A stretch of 64,000 nt of DNA, from the NCBI GenBank assembly GCA_963754315.1, contig CAVWFS010000018.1, forward strand, positions 384,001 to 448,000, written 5' to 3'. The position numbers and the translations under genes are program-made. Positions 56,760-64,000 of the stretch are shown in pieces. The stretch's first letter is position 1. The number at the start of each line of letters is the position of its first letter. Below the pieces are notes generated by a model, which made no database searches, was not told the DNA's origin, and was given only the letters and a program-made list of their open reading frames with translations. The stretch comes from an uncultured Candidatus Rokubacteria bacterium. GTDB taxonomy: Bacteria > Methylomirabilota > Methylomirabilia > Rokubacteriales > CSP1-6.

Positions 56760-58820
56760 ATGCGCTCCCTCTGGAACGAGGATGAGGTCACGTCGCTCTC
56801 GGATCTCGATCGTCTCGTGTACGCCTCCCGCCTGATCGGAGCCGAGACCTCCCTGGTCGTCTGGGGAGGCGGCAACACCTCGATCAAGGGTCTGGAGCGT
56901 GATCACCGGGCCCGTGAGATCCCCGTCCTGCGCGTGAAGGGCAGCGGTTCGGATCTCAAGTCGATCCAGCGGAAGGATTTCCCAGGGGTGCGGATGGACG
57001 ACATCCTGGTGCTGCTCGCGCGCGACGAGATGGGTGACCAGGAGATGGTGTCCTACCTCGCCCACGGCCTCATGGAACCAGGCGGCCCCCGACCGTCCAT
57101 CGAGACGTTACTCCACGGCTTCCTTGCGGCGCCGGCCGTCATCCACACGCATGCCGATGCCATCGTCTCGCTCACCAACAACGACCATGCAGCCGAGACC
57201 CTCGCCTCTGTCTACGGTCGCGAGGTGATTGCCCTGCCTTACCGGCGACCCGGCTTCCGCATCTCCAGGGATGTGGCAGACGCCATTGCCGCCCGACCCG
57301 AGGCGCGCGCGCTCCTCCTGGAACGCCACGGGACCATCACGTGGGGCGCGACCGTGCGCGAGGCGTACGAGGCCACCATCGAGCTGATCTCGCGCGCCGA
57401 AGAGGCGATCGCTGCGCGTCGGCGGGGGCGGCACGTCTTCGGTCCCCCCAAGGTGCCCCTGCCGGAGCCCTCGGCTCGTCGGGCGGCGGCAGTCGCCATC
57501 GCACCTCGCCTGCGAGGGCGGCTCAGCCGCGAACGACGGGTCGTCCTGGCTTTCGACGACACGCCAGCCGTCGGCGAATTCGTGGCCTCGGCTGATGCCC
57601 GATCGCTGTCCCAGATAGGGCCGGCCACTCCTGATCACACCATCTTCACGAAGCGGGTGGCCTGCTTTGTGGACGCCGAACGACCCGACGACGCCGAGGC
57701 CGTGAGAGCTGCCATCGAACGCGACGTGGAGCGCTACGCCGAAGAGTACACGCGCTACTTCGAGGCCCATCGGTTCGAGGGGACGGAACTCTCCGATCCG
57801 TTGCCTCGGGTCGTGTTGGTCGCCGGTCTCGGAATGTTCACGGCGGGCAAGGATCGACGCACGGCTGGAATCGTGAACGACATCTACCACCACACGATCG
57901 ACGTGATGGGCAATGCTAGCGCCTTCGGCCGGTATGTCTCGTTGAGCCCGCGGGACGCATTCGACGTAGAGTACTGGCCGCTCGAGCTGTACAAGCTCAC
58001 CTTGGCCCCGCCCGAGCGCGAGATGGCGCGTCGGATCGCCCTTGTCACCGGCGGGGCGGGAGGTCTCGGAAAAGCTGTGGCCCGGCGCCTGGCCTCGGAA
58101 GGCGCCCACGTCGTGGTCACTGACCTCGATGGAGCGGGTGCGCGTAAGGTTGCCGACGAGATCGCCGCCAAGGTGGGCAGCGGGCGAACGCTCGGTCTCG
58201 CCATGGACGTGACCAGCGAGGCCTCGGTCCGGGCCGCCTTCGAGGAGACCGTCCTCGCCTACGGGGGCGTGGACGTGATCGTCTCCAACGCCGGCATCGC
58301 TCACTCGACGCCTGTGGTTGATCTCGCCCTGGCCGACTGGGAGCGCTCGTTCGCCGTCAACGCGACCGGCCATTTCCTCGTCGCGCGGGAAGCCATGCGG
58401 ATTTTGATGGCCCAGGGCATCGGCGGTGCGCTGGTGTTCATCGCTACCAAGAACGTCATGTCGCCCGGCAAGGACTTCGCCGCCTATTCAGCGGCGAAGG
58501 CGGCCGAGGCCCAGCTGGCCAAGGTGCTCGCCCTCGAGGGTGCCCCTCACGGGATCCGGTCCAACATCGTGAATCCCGATGCGATCTTCCAGGACTCGGG
58601 GCTCTGGTCGGCCGAGGTGCGACGCGAGCGGGCGGCCGCTCAGGGCATTGCCGTCGAACAACTCGAGGAGTTCTACCGCAAGCGTAACCTGCTGGGAGCG
58701 CGGATCCTACCCGACGACGTGGCGGAGGCCGTGCTCTTTCTCGCCTCCGACCGATCATCCAAGACCACAGGATGCACCCTGACCGTGGACGGCGGCGTCA
58801 AGGACGCCTTCCCACGCTGA
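56760..58820 (+). CDS. Bifunctional class II aldolase / short-chain dehydrogenase (RhaEW-like)
   Basis: GGGNTS, KGSG, PSIETLLH, HTHAD, EYWPLE, then SDR TGGAGGLG, NAG, YSAAK. Confidence 0.92.
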   Translation: MRSLWNEDEVTSLSDLDRLVYASRLIGAETSLVVWGGGNTSIKGLERDHRAREIPVLRVKGSGSDLKSIQRKDFPGVRMDDILVLLARDEMGDQEMVSYLAHGLMEPGGPRPSIETLLHGFLAAPAVIHTHADAIVSLTNNDHAAETLASVYGREVIALPYRRPGFRISRDVADAIAARPEARALLLERHGTITWGATVREAYEATIELISRAEEAIAARRRGRHVFGPPKVPLPEPSARRAAAVAIAPRLRGRLSRERRVVLAFDDTPAVGEFVASADARSLSQIGPATPDHTIFTKRVACFVDAERPDDAEAVRAAIERDVERYAEEYTRYFEAHRFEGTELSDPLPRVVLVAGLGMFTAGKDRRTAGIVNDIYHHTIDVMGNASAFGRYVSLSPRDAFDVEYWPLELYKLTLAPPEREMARRIALVTGGAGGLGKAVARRLASEGAHVVVTDLDGAGARKVADEIAAKVGSGRTLGLAMDVTSEASVRAAFEETVLAYGGVDVIVSNAGIAHSTPVVDLALADWERSFAVNATGHFLVAREAMRILMAQGIGGALVFIATKNVMSPGKDFAAYSAAKAAEAQLAKVLALEGAPHGIRSNIVNPDAIFQDSGLWSAEVRRERAAAQGIAVEQLEEFYRKRNLLGARILPDDVAEAVLFLASDRSSKTTGCTLTVDGGVKDAFPR

Positions 58821-58822
58821 CC

Positions 58823-59743
58823 ATGATCGACGTCGGTGTGTCGCTCTCGCTCATGCCGCCTCGCCAGCAGCTGGATCTCGTCCGGGCCATCGAAGCCCTC
58901 GGGTACGACTCGCTCTGGTGCGGCGATCACCTCTCCTTCCATGGCCCATGCTACGAGTCACTCACCCTGCTTGCCGCGTGGGCGACCGTTACCACCCGCA
59001 TCAAGCTCGGTACCGCGGTGCACTTGCTAGCCCTGCGCCCACCGGCGCTGACGGCCAAGCAGACGGCCACGGTGGACCAACTCTCGGGTGGCCGTCTGAT
59101 CTTCGGCGTCGGAGTCGGCGGCGAGAACCCCAAGGAGTTCGAGGTGGTTGGTGTGCCCCACAAGGAGCGCGGGGCCCGGGTGACGGAGGCCATCGACGTG
59201 GTACGGACGCTTTGGCGGGAGACGCCAGCGACCTTTCGCGGTCGGTTCACCTCGTTCGAGGGCGTTTCCCTCGATCCCAAGCCCGTCCAGCGGCCGGGCC
59301 CGCCCATCTGGATCGGCGGGCGCTCGGACGCGGCCCTCGTGCGCGCGGGTCGTCAGGGTGACGGGTGGATCTCCTACGTCGTCCAGGCGGATCGCTTTGC
59401 GCAAAGCCTGGCCCGGGTGCGCGCGGCCGCCGACGAGGCAGGCCGATCTCACGAGGCTTTCACCCCCGCCCATCTGGCGTTCGTCACGCTTGGCCGCGAC
59501 CGCGAGACGGCCGAGGCCATGTGGACCAGGATCCTCTCCAGGCGGTACAACCAGGACTTCGCGCCCTTGGCTCGGAAGTACGGGATCATCGGTACCGCCT
59601 CCCAGTGCGTCGAGCAGCTTGAGCCGTTCATTGAAGCCGGCTGCCGCTCATTCGTGATCGGAATCATCGCGGACCCTGACCTGCAACGTGAACAGCTCGA
59701 GGTTTTTGCCGCTGACGTCCTTCCGCGCCTGAAAAGGCGCTGA
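58823..59743 (+). CDS. LLM-class flavin-dependent oxidoreductase
   Basis: GYDSLWCGDH, ATVDQLSGGRLIFGVG, PKPVQRPGPPIWIGG. Confidence 0.9.
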   Translation: MIDVGVSLSLMPPRQQLDLVRAIEALGYDSLWCGDHLSFHGPCYESLTLLAAWATVTTRIKLGTAVHLLALRPPALTAKQTATVDQLSGGRLIFGVGVGGENPKEFEVVGVPHKERGARVTEAIDVVRTLWRETPATFRGRFTSFEGVSLDPKPVQRPGPPIWIGGRSDAALVRAGRQGDGWISYVVQADRFAQSLARVRAAADEAGRSHEAFTPAHLAFVTLGRDRETAEAMWTRILSRRYNQDFAPLARKYGIIGTASQCVEQLEPFIEAGCRSFVIGIIADPDLQREQLEVFAADVLPRLKRR

Positions 59744-59757
59744 GGGGACGGTGACCG

Positions 59758-60466
59758 ATGCCCGCGAAGCCCCAGGAGTGCCGGGCGCGGGTGGCCGTCG
59801 TGAGATGGTTGAGCTCCGGACGTCATCGAGGTGGACCTCCAGCTGGAGGATCCGCCGGGGCTTGAGTTCGAGGCTGGACAATGGGTCTCGATCCCTTTTG
59901 GTCCCAAGACCGTGCGCGCCTATTCGATCGCCTCGACTCCCGGTTTCCCCGAGCTGATCACCTTGACGGCCGATCTGGAACCGGGCGGTCTCGGCTCTGC
60001 CTGGTTCCGGGGACTGCGACCCGGGACGATGGTGCCCTTCAAAGGCCCGCTGGGCGGTTTTGTCCTCGTTCGGTCGGACCCTCGCCACCCTCTGTTCGTC
60101 GCCGAGGAGATCGGAATCGTGCCGATTCGATCGATCCTCAATGACCTCCAAACCTCGGGCGATAGCCGACCGACACGGCTCGCGTACTGGGCTCGCCGGC
60201 CGAACGGGCTTATCTACGACGCCGAGTTCCGCTCGCTGGCGCGCCGGGCGCCGACGTTCGCGTATCATCCCCTCGTCGGCGCCGCCGATCCCTCGGGCGC
60301 CGCCGGGCCCGAAGCGCTCGGTACCCTGGTGGATCAGCTGACGCCGTCGGTCGAAAATATCGTCAGCTACGTGGCGGGCAGTGAGCGGACGATCCATCGG
60401 GTTCGTGAGGTGCTGACGGCGAAGGGCCTCGCGCGCAAGGCCGTGAAGTGGGAGAAGTTCTGGTAG
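59758..60466 (+). CDS. Ferredoxin-NAD(P) reductase-like FAD-binding protein; apparent +1 frameshift near 59815
   Basis: FEAGQW, RAYSIAS, GLGSAW, GPLGGF, C-terminal EKFW; RBS and ATG at 59758 are in a different frame from 59831 onward. Confidence 0.75.
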
Positions 60467-60539
60467 CGGCAGGAGGGGGTATGGCCGACCTGACGGGCGG
60501 CGACCTGGTGGCGCGAGTCCTCTCCGACTCGATGGCCAT

Positions 60540-61563
60540 TTGAAAATCACCTTCCTGTGTCCGCACCTCCGCATCGCCGGAGGGGTGCGGGCGATCCTCA
60601 CGTACGCCGATCGCCTCGTCGGCCGGGGCCACCAGGTCGAGATCATCGTCCCCGGCCGGCGCACGGGGATGACCTTCTGGCGGACGCGCGAGCCTCCGCG
60701 GCCCGCCTGGATGCCCGACTGCCGCGCGGGCATACGCGTGGTGTCCGAGTGGGCCCCCGCCGAGCTTCCCGCTGCGGACGCGGTGGTCGCGACTGCCTGG
60801 CAGTCCGCCCCGACGGTGGCCGCGGCGGCCGCCTCGCGAGGGGCCAAGTTCTACCTCGTACAGCACTACGAGAGTCTCTATCACGGCCAGCCCAAGGTCG
60901 TGGATGCGACCTATAGGCTACCGCTGAGGAAGATCGTAATCTCCTCGTGGTTGCGCGAGATCATGCACGAGCGTTTTGCCTCTGAAGCTGACGTCGTGGT
61001 CACGCCCGTAGACGATGGCCTCTTCCGTGTCGTTCCGGTGACCGTCACCGGCTTCCGGCCCCGCGTCCTCATGCTGCATCACGATTACCCCTGGAAGGGG
61101 GTGGCCGAAGGCCTGGAGGCGGTCGCGAGCGCGCGCGTACGTGGGGCGCGCCTACACCTGGTAGGCTTCGGCGTCAAAGCCGCCGCGGGGCCGGATGCCG
61201 TACGACGAGTTCCACACGAACCCACCCCAGCACGATCTTGCCGCCCTCTACAGCGGAGCGGATATCTACCTGTGTCCCTCATGGGATGAGGGGCTGGGGA
61301 TGCCGTCCATGGAGGCGATGGCCTGCGGGGCGGCGCTGGTCACCTATGACAATGGGGGCTGTCGTGACTACGCGGTGGAGGGCGTGACGGCCCGCGTGGC
61401 GCGCCGGCGCGACGTCGATGATTTGGCTGCCAAGATCGCCAGCCTGGTTCTCCAGCCGGCCCTGCGGGCTCGGCTGGCAGCGGCGGGGCGCGAGCACATC
61501 ACCACCGCGTTCAACTGGGATCGCGCGGTGAGCCGAATGGAGTTGATCCTGGGAGCCGGATGA
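60540..61563 (+). pseudogene. GT4-family glycosyltransferase, frameshifted at an A-run 61176-61178 (possibly a sequencing error)
   Basis: N-half (IAGGVR, VATAWQ, VQHYE, WKG) and C-half (EGLGMPSMEAMACG) are in different frames; removing one A restores GVKPPRGRMPYDEF. Confidence 0.8.
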
Positions 61564-61641
61564 AGGGGGCCGTCCCCGCCGGCATGGGCTCAGACCCACG
61601 GTACCGCGAGCCGTATCGGCCAATGCTAAAATGGACGTGCC

Positions 61642-62019
61642 TTGCCCATCTACGAATACGACTGTCACGATTGCCGGCGGCGCGTGAGCTTGCTCGTCCT
61701 CCGACCCTCGACCGCGCCGCCACCCACCTGTCCGCGCTGCGGCAGCGCCTCCCTCGGTCGGGTGATGTCACGCTTCGCCCGGATCAAGTCCGAGGACGAA
61801 CGGCTTGAGTCCATGGGGGATCCCGGCAACTTCAGCGACTTCGATGAGAACGATCCCGCCAGCGTCGGGCGGTTCATGAAGAAGATGGGCAAGGAATTCG
61901 GCGACGATCTCGGCGACGATTTCGGAGAAGCCCTCGACGAGGCGATGGCGGAATCTGCCGGTGATGAGGCGGGTGCCGAGTCGTCCGATGCGGATGTTGG
62001 GACTGGTGACGATCTGTGA
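61642..62019 (+). CDS. FmdB-family zinc-ribbon protein
   Basis: MPIYEYDCHDC...CPRCGS...RVMSRF with an acidic tail. Confidence 0.88.
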   Translation: MPIYEYDCHDCRRRVSLLVLRPSTAPPPTCPRCGSASLGRVMSRFARIKSEDERLESMGDPGNFSDFDENDPASVGRFMKKMGKEFGDDLGDDFGEALDEAMAESAGDEAGAESSDADVGTGDDL

Positions 62020-62996
62020 AGGTCGACCTCCACGATCGCCTTGAGGCGGTTGGCGCGGCCGCCTGGGATGATTTGCTCGGCCGCACCGCTCTCCGGTCGC
62101 CCTTCCTGTCCTGGACCTGGCAGCACCGCTGGGCACAGGTCTTCGCCGAGGGGCGGCGGCTGGAGATCCGAAGCGTGGTCGATGGGACCGGCAAGCTCGT
62201 CGCACTGCTGCCGCTCTATGAGGCCGAGCCGGAGGTCTTTCGCCTCCTCGGTGGTGTCGACGTCTCCGACTATCTGGATCTGATCGTTGAGGCTGGGCGT
62301 GCGGACGAAGTCTGGGCCGCCCTGCTCGCCGCGCCCGGGGTCAGCCAGTCCGTTTGGGATCTGCACGCGGTGCCGGCGGCTTCACCCACGGTTACCATGC
62401 TGCCCCAGCTCGTCACCGCATACGGTCGCGCAGCCATGGTGATGGTGGAGGAACGCTGTCCTGTCTTGACCCTGCCCGTTTCGTGGGAAGGATATCTCGC
62501 CTCCCTCTCGGGCAAGCATCGCCACGAGTTGACGCGCAAGATGCGCCGCCTGCGGCGCGAGGCACCGGATGCCCGCGCGACCTCGCTCGGTGCTCGGAGC
62601 GACGTCGAGGCGAGGTTCGGCGATTTTCTCCGGCTTCACCGCCGCTCACGGGTGGGCAAGGCAAAGTTCATGGACGAGCGCATGGAAGGCTTCTTCCGCG
62701 CCGTCGCCTCGTCGCTGGCGGAGCGCGGCGTGCTCCGGTTGTGGTTCCTCGACACGGCCTCCGAACCCCTGGCCAGTTTCATCACGCTCGAGTGGGATGG
62801 CACCGTCGGCCTCTACAATTCCGGCTTCGAGCCCTCGCGGGCGGCCCTGGCCCCGGGCCTCGTGCTCCTGGCCCACATGATCGAGGATGCCATCGTGCGC
62901 GGCAAGACACGCTTCGACTTCTTGCGCGGCGAGGAGCGCTACAAATACGAGTTTGGCCCGACCCCAGAGGACGTGTGCCAGGTGAGGATCACGTGA
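62016..62996 (+). CDS. GNAT-family acetyltransferase (CelD/BcsL-like)
   Basis: PFLSWTW, SDYLD, YNSGF...APGLVLL...FDFLRGEERYK. Confidence 0.85.
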   Translation: MKVDLHDRLEAVGAAAWDDLLGRTALRSPFLSWTWQHRWAQVFAEGRRLEIRSVVDGTGKLVALLPLYEAEPEVFRLLGGVDVSDYLDLIVEAGRADEVWAALLAAPGVSQSVWDLHAVPAASPTVTMLPQLVTAYGRAAMVMVEERCPVLTLPVSWEGYLASLSGKHRHELTRKMRRLRREAPDARATSLGARSDVEARFGDFLRLHRRSRVGKAKFMDERMEGFFRAVASSLAERGVLRLWFLDTASEPLASFITLEWDGTVGLYNSGFEPSRAALAPGLVLLAHMIEDAIVRGKTRFDFLRGEERYKYEFGPTPEDVCQVRIT

Positions 62997-64000
62997 GTCT
63001 GCGGCTCGCCATGCTGAGTGTCCACACGTGCCCGCTGGCCGCCCTCGGCGGCAAGGAAACGGGCGGGATGAACGTCTACGTGCGCGAGTTGTCGCGCGAG
63101 CTCGGGCGCATGGGGGTGGAGGTCGACGTCTACACCCGCTCGCAGAATCCGGCCATTCCGCGCGTCGTGTCTCTCGGCGAGCGCGCCCACGTCATCCACG
63201 TGGCGGCGGGACCGGAGCGTCCGCTGTCGCGCGAAGGATTGGCGGGACACCTGGACGAGTTCGTGGACGGTATCGAGGACTGGCGCATCGTGCGGGGCGA
63301 CTACGACCTCATCTACGCGCACTACTGGCTCTCCGGGCTGGCCGGTCTCGCCTTGCGAGATCGGTGGACGGTGCCCGTCTTGCAGATGTTTCACACACTG
63401 GGCCGTCTGAAGAACTCGGTGGCACGCTCGGCCAGTGAGGTCGAGCCCCTCCGTCGCATCGAGGCGGAGAGCCGCCTGGTGGGCGCCGTGGACCGGATGG
63501 TCGCGGCCAACGTCGTCGAGCGGGAGCATCTGCTGCGCTTGTACGGGGCCGACCGTGCACGGATCGCCGTGGTTCCCTGTGGCGTGGACACCACGCTCTT
63601 TCGGCCCGGCGACAAGATGGATGCCCGGCGCGGTCTCGGGATCGCCGACCACCCGGTCATCCTCTACGTGGGCCGGCTCCAGCCGATCAAGGGCCTCGAT
63701 ACGCTCCTCGACGCCGTGGGGCAACTGAATACTGGCGGGGTTGGCGCGGAGCTCCTGGTCGTGGGGGGGGACACCGACGATGTGCCGGCGGGACGCGAAG
63801 CTCAGCTTCGTCAGCGCATCGGCACCCTGGGCCTGGCGGCCAAGGTACGCTTCGTGGGTGCCCAACCGCAGGAGGCATTGCGCGCGTACTACGTGGCCGC
63901 GGACGTGACCGTTCTGCCCTCCTACTACGAATCATTCGGGATGGTGGCGCTGGAAGCGATGGCCTGCGGCAGCCCCGTGGTGGGATCGCGCGTGGGAGGT
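62993..64000 (+). CDS. MshA-like GT4 glycosyltransferase (runs off the window end)
   Basis: SVHTCPLAALGGKETGGMNVYV, AHYWLSG, MFHTLG, VGRLQPIKG, PSYYESFGMVALEAMACG; open to the window end, so absent from the ORF track. Confidence 0.9.
   Translation, partial: MSLRLAMLSVHTCPLAALGGKETGGMNVYVRELSRELGRMGVEVDVYTRSQNPAIPRVVSLGERAHVIHVAAGPERPLSREGLAGHLDEFVDGIEDWRIVRGDYDLIYAHYWLSGLAGLALRDRWTVPVLQMFHTLGRLKNSVARSASEVEPLRRIEAESRLVGAVDRMVAANVVEREHLLRLYGADRARIAVVPCGVDTTLFRPGDKMDARRGLGIADHPVILYVGRLQPIKGLDTLLDAVGQLNTGGVGAELLVVGGDTDDVPAGREAQLRQRIGTLGLAAKVRFVGAQPQEALRAYYVAADVTVLPSYYESFGMVALEAMACGSPVVGSRVGG

Overview
GC-rich bacterial chromosomal window, almost entirely coding. The gene repertoire and style suggest an uncultured lineage such as Rokubacteria/Methylomirabilota, which is an inference and not shown by the sequence. 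From left to right: (1) a potassium locus: CBS protein, two micro-ORFs including kdpF, kdpABC, DUF350, argB, kdpDE. It contains three copies of an identically spaced four-box TTGAC direct-repeat operator, and its ArgB appears to have lost the arginine feedback residues. (2) A ~12 kb co-directional redox cluster: FGE-like secreted protein, YedE-type Cys-relay membrane protein, fused 4Fe-4S/NrfD subunit, Tat-less Mo-bisPGD enzyme, SoxY/SoxZ-like carriers, a TlpA-like redoxin with an in-frame UGA at its CxxC and a SECIS-like hairpin (candidate selenoprotein), and a non-canonical SdhA/C/B-like module interrupted by a haloalkane dehalogenase. (3) A TCA operon: icd 3' remnant, mdh, split class I fumarase, Sdh1-type succinate dehydrogenase, sucCD, ndk. 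(4) A benzoate-CoA-ligase-family gene, a decayed NitT/TauT ABC locus, biotin carboxylase/BCCP, a polar amino-acid ABC transporter, RND efflux, an M24-fold protein, a peptide SBP and a cNMP-DASS fusion. (5) A minus-strand acyl-CoA ligase/sugar ABC/GS-like block, then RhaEW-like, LLM, FNR-like and glycosyltransferase genes. Several isolated single-base frameshifts suggest sequencing or assembly noise. No rRNA, tRNA, CRISPR or IS element was recognised. All calls come from motif reading only; no searches were run.
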